From positions 224,008,001 through 224,072,000 of the forward strand of contig NC_058368.1 of assembly GCF_018350175.1 (NCBI RefSeq): a stretch of DNA of 64,000 nt, read 5' to 3'. Below are positions 1-12,637 of this stretch, piece by piece; the stretch's first letter is position 1; each line of letters starts with the position of its first letter. A program made the position numbers and the translations under genes. The notes below the pieces were generated by a model. It searched no databases, was not told where the DNA came from, and was given only the letters and a program-made list of their open reading frames with translations. Source of the stretch: Felis catus (lineage: Eukaryota).

Positions 1-3000
1 TAGCCTATTCCAGAGGAAAGGCTTTGACTCCATGTAAAATTGTTCCTGAATAAATGTACAATTATAACTCCAAAGCTTAAATGAAATGTTTAAAGTATCT
101 ATATATTATTTTAACTTTCCACTTTATTTAACTTTTGGACTTAAATTGGTTTCACTGGTCTCCAATAAAAGGGCTTCTACTATGCAGTGTCACTGTTGGT
201 CATTTTCCCTGATGGTTGCTCATTAATGATTTTTTCTTTTGGATCTTCAGAACTCTGTTGATTTCCAGTGTTCCATTTAATCAGTACAATTCTGAGGTAT
301 GACTGTCATAATCAGTGTCAACTAATATCTTAGGAGTGACCAGCCTTCGCACGCCGACCTCCAGCTAGACAGCTAGGCACTGATAATGTGGGCCATACTG
401 CAGATGCCTGGAATGGATATGGGAAGAAAAAACATTATAACGTCACCATTTTTACTAAGACCTGGTGTTCAAAGAGCAAAATACGTATGTTTAGGAAAAA
501 TACATAAGGCTTCTTAGTGGAATGTGAAGAGGGAAGTTTTGGTTTCAACTTTAGTTAAGTACAGGAGGAGGAAAAATGAAAATAAAAAAGGAGGAGGGGA
601 AAAAACAAAACAAAACAGAAAGCTGGAGGACGAAGAGGCATTTGAGCCAAGAAGAGTCAGGTCCAATTAAATTATGTAAGCTAACAGCTAACTTTATGTG
701 TGTCAGCTCATCGCTTGAGGGCACCAAGTTCACTCAGATGTTCCTTCTTGCTCAGGCGAAGGCAGTGGCAAAAGGCATTTCCAGCGAGGTCCCAGCACGA
801 CAATATTTGAATAGTTGAAGATCATTTATTGTCCAGAAAAAATTATTTCCCATTGGACTCCTAGAGAAGGTATTTTTAAATTAAAAATATGCACCTCAGG
901 CTTATATCTTATGGTCATTAAAGTTTGGAAATAAAACTTTTCTGAAGTCTGATGAACGCGTACAACTTTGTCACATCATCTGTCCCCGAAATTAATGGTA
1001 GGATCCTCTCTTGAATGTCATCGAATTTATTCAAGTTTTACCGTTTCGGATATTAATTTTCAGAAGCCTTCGTCCTGATAACAAACCAAGCATGTAAAAT
1101 AAGCATGGTGTTGGAAACACAATGAAAAAGATCACATTGTTTGTGGAAGCAAATCAAATGATTCAAGTAGTAACATGATATGTCTTCAAGGAAATAGAAG
1201 ACTCGAAGAAATTATAAATGCAATGAGTTTATATTGTCAAAGTAAATATTAATGGCAATTGCACTCGGACGGGAGCAAAGTTTTCATTTAGAAGTATTAT
1301 AAATATAGGACGAATACAACTCTACTTATTTGTGGGCAGATAATCAGAAAAGGAATTTAAAGAAAGGAACGTAGGTTTTAAATATCTGTGTGAATTCTGA
1401 CGTGGTATTAGGGAAATAGAAAATGTTTAGATAGAATTCTATGATACTGGGTTTACACAGGGATCAGCATTTTGAAGCGCTTACAATCGCAATGTGATAG
1501 ATCCTTTGTTAGCAACTGAAATGGGAGAGAAACAGGAACAACAGTGACAAGAAAATCCCCGATATAAGAAAAAATTACACTTTTTTGAGCCCCCAAACTT
1601 TTGCGAAGAATGGGATACTTGGGACTCATGCTCATATATATGTGACTATTGCATTGTCAGTTTGCCTGTGGAGCCTGTAAAAGACCTATGGTTTTAACCG
1701 AGAAGATAAACATCCTTAGAGACATCACAGAGAAGGAGGAGAGTATGAATAATAGAAAAAAATAAAGAAAGTAAAGAAAATAGCAAAGATCCCTCTCACA
1801 GAAAAAGCGATAGCCAGAGCTTCAGGCTGTGATTCTGGAAATAACCAGAAAACAAAGCTCAGAGTGTTAGAAAGCTGTTTTAGCTAAAGATGAACCCATG
1901 ACTCAATTCAAAATGCTAGAAAACATATATCTCTTTTATCTCTAGTTCTAGGTCCATAAAGTCAATAGTCTTGGGTGTAACTTATGATTACAATTTCCCC
2001 ACCAAAATATTACTATACTGAAAAAAGAATTTGTAGAAGTCTATAATCTGGGTTTCTTGATTTCCTCCCTCCTAGGAATATCTGATGTTTGGGTCGAGTT
2101 GGATATTATAGAATATGCATGGCTCAGTTGAAAATTTCATTCACAGTGAAATAAAGTATTTTGTTCAGTATTCAACTCAATAGTAGCAAAATTAATTACT
2201 TGTTTAGAATCATCTTTCATCTACTGAATATAGACTTGGAAAATATGTATATGTATTATACAAATATATATGAACAATACATATAAAATACTCATATATG
2301 TGTATAAATGTATATGTATATCAGTATATAAAAATAGGGTTGTTTACAGAAGCATGGTGTCAGTTATGTATGTGTTACTGTGTATATACTTATTATTTTT
2401 TAACCTGATACAAATAGGTCTTTGGATTTGGGGTATTAATACCTACTACTATTTGCATATACAGCATATATGTGGGGAAAGAATATTTTTGTATGTAATT
2501 ATTATATATATAACCATATGTCTAGATAAAATATTAGCTTGTCATTTTATTCGTATTCTTATTTCTATATAATTCTCTACTTTCTCTTTCTTAACACAGT
2601 ATACAACTGTCCTTTCTCCTCTCTTTATATTTGTTCTTCAGAACACCCATTCATTTTAGTCAAGAAAGATTATCTTCAAAACATTCTTCATATTCTACAG
2701 AATCAAATTAAGAAAAATTTTGTTTCAAAAAAATTTTTGTTCAGAAAAAAATGAAGAAAGAGAAGATTTATCCGTAAGTATATTTATGTGGGAAATATTC
2801 AATGATTCTCCCTGGATATTTCACGTTTCTATATGTCTTCCACATACATGGGCTGACTGCTCTTTGCCTTTCATTCTTTTCAAAAATATCTGTAGAGAAA
2901 ATGGCTCCTTTTGAAGCAAAGGGTAGGCATGCTTACCATTGGGTTAAATAAAAATAATGTTTTCCTCCAGAGCAAAAGCAGGAAAGTTTACTGCCCAATA

Positions 3001-3584
3001 TAAAACATTTTGGCCTCCTAAACTCACCATTTCTTTCTTGTAATTCAACCCACTACATGGGCAGTATTTTGGGGCCTTCTTCATATAAACCTGGGAGAAT
3101 TCAGTCTCAGGGGACCAGCACAGAAATTCTGAAAACCCTGACGAATCTCACTTATGTCTGTCCAAGAAATCTTGTGTTTCTCTTTCAGAGTTATTCATGA
3201 AACTTGACAGTTTGCAAGGAAGCTAAAATACCAGACATTGCAGAGTTCTTGATATTTTCATTGCTTGGACTCCATTGTTTCAACAAGTCTCATAAAGCCT
3301 TTCCTGATGTAGCTGTTGCTTGTTTATCCAGTCTGATCCTTTGTTCTTGTTACCCTCCTCCAATTGCCTTGCCATAATTAGACCTATATTCATACCATTC
3401 TGACTTACTTTTATTTTGTCTCCTCTTATATACCATTCCTTTTTTCCTTATACATTTTCCCAGATTTTCCACTTATGTATGGCTAAGATTTCCACATGAT
3501 ACATTCATCTTTTAGGTACTTCCTAGTGCTGATTAGACTTTCAACCTATTGGCCATTCAGCATGTCTTTGTTCAATGAACATTC

Positions 3585-3787
3585 TTTTTTTTTAAATTTG
3601 TAATGTTTATTTGCTTTTGAGAGAGAGTGTGTGAGTGGGAGGGGGCAGAGAGACGGAGAGAAGGAATTCTAAGCAGGACTTTGTGCTGACAGCAGTGAGA
3701 CTGATGTGGGGTTCCAACTCACAAACCATGAGGTCATGACCTGAGCCAAAGTCAGATGCTCATCTTACTGAGCCACCCAGGTGCCCT
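3585..3787 (-). mobile_element. Can-SINE (SINEC_Fc-type)
   Basis: Reverse-complement tRNA-derived head (ctgagccacccaggtgccc), (GA)n tract, poly-T tail; TSD tcaatgaacatt on both sides. Confidence 0.93.
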
Positions 3788-4147
3788 GGTCAATGAACAT
3801 TTTTGAACACTTCCCCACAGTTGGGAAAATTTCAAATTATGAGTACATCATTTTGCAACACTGAGACATATAATTCATTTTTCCAGTCTATTTTATAACT
3901 ATGCCAATTAGATATACCTAATTCTGAAGTTAGTGACCCTGCAAAATTAGGCCACATAGAGGTTCCATCATGATAAATTGCAGGAATATTCCTCTTTCAG
4001 ATTCGACAGAGACAGCAATATTAGTGGCAGGGTCCAGAGTTTAGTATCAGTAATGGAGTTTTTGTTTGTTTGTTTGTTTGAATTTTTTTTTTTTTTAATT
4101 TGAGAGGGGCAGAGAGAGCACAAGCATGAGCAAGGGAGGGGCAGAGT

Positions 4148-4991
4148 TGTGGGGGATGAGCCTAGGAATCCCCCGGACTTACACCAATGGGTTGACAAGG
4201 CATCAAGAAACACAAAGTCATAAAATGCTCACACCCGAGTTTGGGGAAATCAGATTGGCCCCCCAAGAATAGAGGAATGCAAAGACACACCGAGAATAAA
4301 GAGGAGCAAAGGTGCCAGGATTAGGGAGGGGCAAAGGCACCCCAAAATAGAGATGGGGTGCAGAGCCCCCAAAATAGAGAGGGAGAGGCAAAGGCCTAAA
4401 ATAGATACGGCACAAAGGTGCCCAATACATAGGTATATGAAATAAACAAGATTAGATGTTCAAGGTGAAAGCACCCCCAATTTAGTACTATAGCAGAGAG
4501 CTGCTTTCACAGAAGGATAAGGCCAGGTTAGGTAAACTGGTGAATTGGACTATGGACTGCTGCACTGCACGCAAACCAGCCCAGAGTAGAGATGGTTAAC
4601 AAAAGAAAAGGTGCCTTGTCAACCCTGAGGTTATTTGCTGTCTCATCCCTTAGGGTGACAAAGATGAACAGAGGTGCTGCCTCATGTCCGCTGTAAACAA
4701 CCCTCCTCCTGACTGTCCGCTGCCCGGATTTTGTTTTGTATTAACCCAAACCCCTAACCACAAATATCCTCAAGACCCCCTTTCCCTCACATCCACAAGT
4801 TAATGTTGATAGACTCATTGTCTCTGTGCACGTCCATCACCGTGTTTGTAAACCTTCTGATCTAATAAAAATGGGGCAAGGACCCTTATTCGGAGCTCTT
4901 GTCTTTTCCCAGACATTAGCTATCTCTTGCTTTAATCCTGCGTCCACTCTTTTGCCGGCCAAACAGAACTTTAGACTTAGAGTCTATGACA
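4148..4991 (+). mobile_element. Solo retroviral LTR, 844 bp, class II (betaretrovirus/ERVK-like) by 6-bp TSD
   Basis: Starts TGTGGGGGA, ends TGACA; perfect flanking cagagt at 4142-4147 and 4992-4997; AATAAA at ~4864; no PBS or internal sequence downstream. Confidence 0.88.
4253..4432 (+). repeat. Degenerate tandem array (~7 units of 22-29 bp, GCAAAG..CC(C)AAAATAGAG) in the LTR U3
   Basis: Units start near 4253, 4279, 4306, 4331, 4360, 4388 and 4410. Confidence 0.75.
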
Positions 4992-5279
4992 CAGAGTGAG
5001 AGGGAGGAGAGAGAATCCCAAGCAGGTTCTGCACTGTCAGCGCGAGGACCTCGACGTGGGGCTTAAACTCACAAACCATGAGATCATGACTTGAGCCAAA
5101 ATCAAGAAGTCAGACATCCAACTGAGCCACCCAGGCAGCCCAGTAATGGAATTTTAATGTCCATACTCCCTAACAATCGAAATGTGCCACCATTATAACA
5201 GCCTGTGTATATTTTGGGATGTGTGTGTGTGTGTGTGTGTGTATGATGTATAGATGTACAGATGTATATACACTCTTTC

Positions 5280-6050
5280 TAGCTTCCCATTTTGATTTTC
5301 AAGACAACCTGGAACTTCAGTACATATAAACATGTTTAAATAAATAATTTTGTGTTTAATTTTTAATTTTCTGTTGTTTTCAGCAAAGAATAGTGACAGA
5401 AAAAATAATTAGTACCAAGAGTGCTGCAGGTAAAAGATTTTCGTGGAAAAAGGGCATGAAGAATTGGTTATTGGATGTGCTTGGGTGTGATGATGATGAA
5501 AAAGCATGCTTTTATCACAAAAGGGAACAGTATGGTCCCACCTCATACAGAGTTAAGTGGTGAAATGATCCCATGTGCCATTTAGAAAGATGTGCAAAAC
5601 AAAGACAAGACAGGGAGCTATATATATCAACTGATAAGGCATATTATTAAGGACATGAAGATTTAAAAAAAAAAAACTAAAGAGATGATCTGGTTGTTTC
5701 TAACTGTACAGAGAAGCTAAATAAAAAGATGTAAAGACTTGAATTCTGAGCTCAAAGCCAAGTCAGAGGCAAAGAGATGACCTCTCTCCTGAAAGAATCT
5801 CATATCTTTCAGATATGATGTTCATATAACCAAAATTCACACTAAGAATTTTCTCACTTGGGCTGCCAAGTTAGATCAGTTCAATTCCTAGTTTTGTTGG
5901 ATTTACTACATGGAATTTCAGTCGTTTATCAGGAAGGATGAGACTAAAATGTTGTAAAGGGTCATCAGAAAAGATTCATGGGACACAAACTCAAAAACCC
6001 CACTGATCATATTTTGCCAGCCAAAGCAGTTCTGCGTGTACATCCTTTTA
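5280..6050 (+). mobile_element. Outer ERV-L provirus, 5' part: LTR 3'-end remnant (LTR33-like), PBS-like site and degenerate gag
   Basis: aataaataa...ttctgttgttttcagcaaagaatagtgacaga resembles an ERVL LTR end; tagtaccaagagtg (~5410) resembles the TGGTACCAGGAGTGG ERVL PBS; downstream sequence resembles ERVL gag N-terminus. Confidence 0.55.
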
Positions 6051-6436
6051 ACTATTTGATGGAGCCATTTCTGCATTGCTTTAGAATGCTGAACTAACTC
6101 ATTACACCCGCGGCAGGTAACTTGCAAGGAGAATCCAAATATCTTCATTTTACCTCCCCCATGGTCTCATTTTTTCCTGGACCTACAAGAAAAGTAAGAT
6201 CAGAACTTACCCTTGGGGTCCAGTTGCAGAGTCAAACCCAGGAAAAGAGAGCTTACTTACAGAAAAGAAGAATTGGAGGGTTTCTTTTTCTATATGTATA
6301 TGTGTGTGTGTTTGTTTATCTGTGTGTGTGTGCCAGAAAACAAAGCATGAACTGTGTGTGTGAGATTAATAAATTCCAAATAAGCTTAACCAGGAAGAAA
6401 AACATACTTTTCTACTACACTAAATATTGATTTTAG

Positions 6437-6812
6437 TGCAGTAGGAAACCATCTACACTGATGGCTAAAATCTTCAAAGTTCTCTGAAAGATTGCCCTTG
6501 AACAGTACAAGCCTTGCTGCTCAGTTCTCCTGGGAGTTCAATACGTTACCCCTCAGGCCTTAGCCAATGACATCCTATGGACCGGGAAGAAAGTTCTGCC
6601 CCCTTGTGTCTAGTTGGAACAGAAGGTGGTGACATTTTCACCCCAAGGCTTGCTGCACAAGTAAGCTGAAGGTTCATCTCACCTGACACCCCATCCTTGC
6701 TTATCCCTTCCCCCTTCCTATTTTACTTTCCTCACTTGAGAATTCTGTCAACAAATTACATGTACAGCAATCTCAACTCAGGTTCCGTCTCTAAAGAACC
6801 CAAGCTGAATCA
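6437..6812 (+). mobile_element. LTR16-like LTR (5' LTR of the inner ERV-L provirus)
   Basis: gggagttcaatacg..tagccaatgac core and 3' end ..ctcaggttccgtctctaaagaacccaagctgaatca match LTR16-type architecture. Confidence 0.65.
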
Positions 6813-7363
6813 ACGTATATGCAGAGAGGACCTAGGAAACGGAGACACAGTTTGGGTTTCCCGAACCCAGTGATCTGTCAAGTGACTGGTAATGAGAATG
6901 CCATCACTGATGGTTCAGAACATGTTGATAATTGCAGGTATGTAATTACATTGCAATTGTTAGAATCTTTGACCATGATGAGGAAGGAGAAACGAGTGCA
7001 GACAATACCTACCGTGAAAGATAGGTGGAGAGATACAGTGGAGACAGCAGTTAGGAAGGCTGGGTCATTGTGTGGCTGTTGCAGATTACTATTGATACAT
7101 TGAAGAGAGAAACTGACAGGCTCCATTCAATTCATAAGGAATTTAAGGCAAAGTATTAAAGTCAGAGTCCCCCACTGGCAGTGTGTAAATGACCGTCTAG
7201 ACCCTTGCAGACAGAGGGCTGATGATGTTGAAACATCAAGCTCAGGATGTAATAATAATGGAGAAGTCTGCGTCTTTAATCCAGATGAAGTTTCTATGAC
7301 AAAGTCAGGGTCTTAAGAACAAAAGTGGAATGGGTATGGGGCAGTCTGAGGAGAAAAACCCGA

Positions 7364-7562
7364 GGGGTACTTGGGTGGCTCAGGCACTGCTCATGAGTTC
7401 GAGCCCCGCATCAGGTTCTGTGTTGACAGCTCAGAGCCTGGATCCTGCTTCAGATTCTGGCTCCGTCTTTCTGCCCCTCCCCTGATATCTCTCTCTCTTT
7501 CTCTCTCTGTCTCTTTCTCTCTGTGTCTAAAATGTAATGTAGAAACATAAAAAAATAATTAA
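7364..7562 (+). mobile_element. Can-SINE with an internal deletion in the head
   Basis: ggggtacttgggtggctcag joined almost directly to gagttcgagccccgc; (CT)n tract and A-rich tail. Confidence 0.88.
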
Positions 7563-7765
7563 AAGGAAAATCTGAGAATTCTGAACCCTGCAACCATCAG
7601 ACATGCAGAAATGAACCCCGCCCCCGCAAACACACACTTATTTGAGGACCCTACACTTCTCCTTTGCTTAGAGATTACCCAGAGGCTTTAAATGAGGCAA
7701 ATGATTCACATGGCAGTCAGTGCTTGTCACACCACTTCTCCTGCCAATTATACTAATCACTGAGG

Positions 7766-9095
7766 TTTTTCTTTTCCAGCTTTTCTCAGATGTAATTGAC
7801 ATATAACATAACATCATGCATGTTTACAATGTAATGGTGTGATACATGTATATGCAGCAAAATGATGACCCAAACCAGGTCAGTTAACATCTCCATCACC
7901 TCACATAATTACCACTTTTACTTTTTGTGGTGAGAATGTTTACGATGTACTCTTTTAGCAACTTTCCCGCACGTAACATCGTATTGTTAACTATAATCAC
8001 CATAAGGGACATTAGATCCCCAGAAGTGCCTCCTCTTATTACTGGAAGTTTGCACCCTTTGACAACATCTCCCTATTTCCTCCGCTTCTCAACCACTGAT
8101 AACCACTATTCTACCTGTTTCTGTGAGTTTGGCTTCTACAGATATCATGTATAAGTGAGATCATACAATATTTGTCTTATTTCACTTAGCATAAAGCCCT
8201 CGAGGTCCATCTCTATTTTCAGAAATGGCAGGGTTTTAGTCATTTCATGGTTGAATAGTCTTCTGTTTTATGGCTGAAGATATATAGATCAGATGGTGAT
8301 GATGGTAGATAATAGATTAGATAGATAGATGACAGATAATCTCAGATTTTCTTCATTCATTTGTTGATTAACACTTAAGTTGTTTTCATGTCTTGGCTAT
8401 TGTGAATAATGGTCCAGTAACCGTGGGAGTAGAGATATCTCTTTGAGATAGTCACTTATTTCCTTCCTTTGGACATATAGTCAGGAGTGGGATTACTGGA
8501 TTTTATGTAGTCCTATTATTATACTTTTGAGGAAACTCCATGATCTTTTCCATAGTACCTGTTCTAATTTTTACACCCACCAACAGCGCACAGGAGTTCT
8601 CTTTCTCTACATCCTGACTAGTGCTTGTTACGTCTTGACATTTTTTCATAACAGCTATTCTAACAAGCATGCAGCGATCCCCCATTGTGGTTTTGATCTG
8701 CATTTCCCTGATGATGAATGATGTTGAGCACATTTACATGAATGTCTTCTTTGCATGCTTTCTTTGGAAAAATGTCTCTATTGGTCCTCTGGCCATTTTT
8801 TAACCTACGTTATCGTTATCATTATTATTGTTATTACTATTATTGTTGTTGAGTTGCATATGTTACTTAGATATTTTGGATATTAACCTCTTTTTGGATA
8901 TATGGTTTGTATCTGTGGGTTATCTTTTCATTGTGCTATTTTCCTGAGCAGAAGCTCTGTAGTGTAGTCCCATTTATTTACTTTTGCCTTTGTTGCCGTT
9001 GCTTTTGGTGTCGTATAAAAAAAAAAAAATCATTGCCAATGTCACCGATGTCAAGAAGCTTCTTCCCTATAGTATCTTCTGAGAGTTTATATTTT
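7766..9095 (-). mobile_element. 5'-truncated L1 (L1MA8/9-like 3' UTR plus ORF2 C-terminus)
   Basis: ORF 8503-8733(-) CSTSFIIREMQIKTTM.. matches the L1 ORF2 C-terminus; typical L1MA 3' UTR at 7780-8200. Confidence 0.9.
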
Positions 9096-9710
9096 ACCAA
9101 TAAGTTAAGTTTTTATTTTTGTTTTTGTTTTTGTTTTCCGACAGAAATCTGACTGAGGAGAAGTTGGGCTTATCGAGGGGGAAGTGGTATTATGTACACG
9201 GGTACTGAACGTGACAAATAGGTATTAGTAGAAACCAAGAGAACATGCCTAAGTGGATCCTGAGGAAGATGGATACGGAAGATGAAATATACAGCTAGAA
9301 AAGAAAAACTTTGTTCAAATAAAGCACTCTCCAAAGATACAACGTTTGATGTTCTGCCAATGCCTCGGGCAGTGTTGGTAAAGCGCTGGGGTAGTTCTTG
9401 GGAGTTTGACAAAAATGAAATACATACGTAAGGAGGGCTACAGTAGACTATGAGAGAAGAAATACAAAGTTCAGATAACTGTGAAGACCAGAAAAGACTC
9501 CATATGTAAGGCCTGCAAACTCACTGGCTGATAAATGGATTCCCTCAGGAATCCCAGAGCACAGCCTATTTACCAAGTGATTAAGAAATGCTTGGAAGTT
9601 TGTTCCTTGTGAGCCTGAGCTGACAGAGTCCATAAGAAACTGTGTCGAATCCCAGATGAAACGGCAAACAAATATGTCATCCTCAATAACTTCAGGGATG
9701 GTGTTTTCCC

Positions 9711-9950
9711 TTGTATACCAGTCTGGCTCCTGTAAAACCCGGATGTGTTATGGCAAGTGACAGTGGACCTCCACAACGTAAGAAAATAGTAGCTCCAATC
9801 TCCACTCTTATGCGAGATGTGGTATTTTTGCCGAAACAAATCGGCACAGTGTTTGATACATGGTATGCGGCTTTTGATGTGGTCTGTGCGTTCTTTTCCA
9901 TTTCTGAGAAGACAGAGGACAGAAAGTAGTTGAGGATCATTTGATTTGGA
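9711..9950 (+). pseudogene. pol: ERV-L reverse transcriptase remnant (frameshifted)
   Basis: IVAPISTLMRDVVFLPKQIGTVFDTWYAAFDVVCAFFSI parallels ERV-L RT VVTPIAAAVPDVVSLLEQINTSPGTWYAAIDLANAFFSI; upstream frame gives PVWLL*NPDVLWQVTVD. Confidence 0.85.
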
Positions 9951-11534
9951 TGGTGGCATATATTTACATGCCGCCCTGGGTCTCTGCTGTTAATTTAGCT
10001 CTCTGTTGCAATCTAGTTTAAAGAAAGCTGAAATCAGGAAATGCTGCAAAATAAACCACCATTGGTCTATCGTAGTGATTCTGGCGTGTTAACCAGACCT
10101 CATGTTCTGGATACCTCTGGGGGACATGTGTACTGCAGAAGGTCAGAGATAATTCTTACAAAGTTTCAAAGGCTTACCGTATTGGTGAACATTTTAATAT
10201 TCTAGCATTCTTGTGCATACCATAGACATCATCTCCAAGATAAAATGCCAGTGATTGAACTCGCCACTAAAAAATAAGTACAAACATATCAGCTCCTGCA
10301 GTTTAGAAGCAGTATATTCTACACTTGGAAATAGTTTTAGGTCCTTTCAGCAAGCGACGTGAATGTCTGTAGGTTGTGAGTAGAGTGCAAGTACAAGCAG
10401 AATGTTACTTTGGCCATATGACCCATCGGATACCATGGTAATAGACATATCCGTAGCAGAAAATCATTTTGTAGTTCTCTCAGCAAGGCACAGAAGAAGA
10501 GTTTTAGTGCAAAGCCATAGAATTCTGTTACCATCTGCATCCGAAAACTATCTGCCATTCAAAATCTAGCCCCTGGCATGTTAATAAGAGTTGGTAGAGA
10601 CTGAGCATCTGACCATGGCTTGCAAATGGCCTTGTGACTTAAGCTTCCTATCATGAGCTATTTACTTTCAGATTCACTGCATTGTTCATTTGGTGAGAGG
10701 AGTGACAGCATCCATCATAAGATGATAGCTCTACATTTGGTACTGGGTGTGTAATCGGTATAAACAGGTGGTCCAAATACTCGTGTCAATCATCACTGCC
10801 ATACCAAAACTGTTGCCATAACTATGAACTCCTGGAACATTCCTCATGTGAGTTAAGGGTAGAATGCAAATGCTAGATTTGGTTCCTGGATGAATTAGCC
10901 TGTATGTTGGTGTGAACTAAAAACAATCAGTTGCTCTGCCCCAGACATACATAGAGATGGTGGTAGAGCCACTGGGAAGTAGATTATTTTTCAGAGGACG
11001 GAGCTTATAGCCCCAACTGTCCTCAGCTAAGAATACACAGGGATTAACGTGTATTTACAACTGGTTTGGCTGGCTGCTCAAGGGCCTGGAAGAAGCAAGA
11101 TTTAAAGTTGTGGGCCAGATGTTTGGAAAAGAATTATATAGACAGACCTGTGGGACCCTACACCAATGGTCGATGTCTTTGTTTAACATATGCCAGAAAG
11201 CATCCACTGTAGAAAATTCACTGGAGAAAAAAAAAGGGGGCAGAATTATTTGACTAAGGTCTATGAGGCTCAAGGTTTATGAGTCTCTTTCCTTAGCTCC
11301 CTCACGGATTGTGTAGTGGCAGGTGGCAGAGATCAAGTCTACACCAACCCTCAGGAGTGTGGACTCCCTCTCACCAAGGCTGATTCAGATATTGCTGCTC
11401 TTGAATGTCTGACCTGCAAAAAAAAAAGAGAAAGAAACCGACTTTCCAACAACCTGTACATTTGCAGAGAACTACAAGGCACATATTAGCAAGTAGATCG
11501 CACCAGAATCGTTCTAAATTGTACCCAAAACTAC

Positions 11535-11666
11535 ATTTTTATAACTCCTTGCCCTTTCTTATCTTTCTTACCTTATTTCATTTTGCCTAAAATTACTTCT
11601 TTAATAAATCGAATATTCATAAGTTTCGATCTCAGACTCTGCTTCTAGGGCATCTGACCTAAGACA
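11535..11666 (+). mobile_element. LTR16-like 3' LTR end of the inner provirus
   Basis: aataaatc...ctcagactctgcttctagggcatctgacctaagaca, the LTR16-type terminus ending in CA. Confidence 0.7.
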
Positions 11667-11699
11667 AGCACACTTCCCAGAGATTGAGATTACAGTCTG

Positions 11700-12637
11700 C
11701 TAGTTTAATACACAGGCAGATGTTCAAATTGTTTGCTTGGTTGACTAATTGAAATCTCTACTCAACCGTAGCCTTCTATAAATGAAGTTGAAAGACAGAA
11801 ATTACTTGCTGAGAGGAAAGGGAGGAATCTAAAGATTTAGGGAAATTGTAATGTTATTAATTCCCTAAATATATCTCTTAAGCAGATCCAGGAAATCCTA
11901 TTTTAACTTTAAGATTGATAAGTTTATTGCTGAGAGGAGTGATAGCATCTTTATAATTCACCACCGTGGTTGTTTTCTGTAAGTGAAATGTGTCACGGTT
12001 GAAACAATACTCCTTATTTCAATAAGGATAGAGGATTTTTGAGCTGTTGAGTCAAGGTGATAGCAGTTAACCTTCAAAGCGAAGTCAACATGGTGTCCAT
12101 ATTCAGGGTGACCACTGCTGGCATCTTTGGTGGTGCATAATAGATCATTAGGTTCTTAATTTATAAATGTGTCGGCAACCCACAAAGTAATAACTTAATC
12201 TTGTTAGTAAGGGAAACAACTCTGATCCAGCTTTGAGGTACTTTGAGAACGGCAATAATCTTTCATTTATTTTCCCAACTCAATATATTCTCAAAGGCAG
12301 AGTCATCTGAAGAATGGGAGAACTGAGAACCTTTGGAGAAATACACTCCAACATCAATAAAACAATGCACTGAGTATCTACTCAATAGATCATATGCTTT
12401 CAGGATATTCCTAAGGGAAACAATTGATTGGAGAAAGAAAACATGAAGATACTATGGAGATTACAAAGACCATGGGCAGCAGCTACTCCCTAGGGATACA
12501 AAACACCACAGTAGTTGAATGACTGGAATGAAGATTTAGGGACTTTAAGTGAGAAATGGTTTTTTTGACCTGAATATGCAACAAGTTGGGTCCACTGGAG
12601 ACAAAACTCATTGCAAGATGATTTCCCCATTAATCCT
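11700..12637 (+). mobile_element. Outer ERV-L continued: degenerate gag-protease
   Basis: ataaatgaagttgaaagacagaaattac..gaggaatctaaagatttagggaaattg resembles ERVL gag (NEVEMPEL..GIQRLREIG); gggtccactggag..gatttccccatt resembles the protease end. Confidence 0.6.

Larger units (their letters stand above)
4059..5140 (-). mobile_element. Can-SINE split in two (4059-4147 and 4992-5140) by an LTR insertion
   Basis: Tail and GA-rich part on the left, body and head (aatcccaagcagg...ctgagccacccagg) on the right; TSD cagtaatgga at 4048 and 5141. Confidence 0.92.
6813..11420 (+). mobile_element. Inner ERV-L (ERV3-16A3/HERV16-like) internal region, degenerate gag-pol, interrupted by a SINE and an L1
   Basis: gag-like stretches at 6830-7350 and 9180-9420; RT remnant at 9710-9950; RNase H-like at 11050-11160; integrase Zn finger GLPLTKADSDIAALECLTC at 11361-11417. 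Confidence 0.8.

Noticed and set aside
2240..2572. 100-aa hydrophobic ORF resembling a membrane protein
   Set aside because: Arises from TA-rich low-complexity DNA; no splice or homology support.
3029..3129. Minus-strand acceptor/donor pair (ttttcag|...ATG|gtgagt) suggesting an exon
   Set aside because: Weak pyrimidine tract, unrecognisable peptide and no partner exons.
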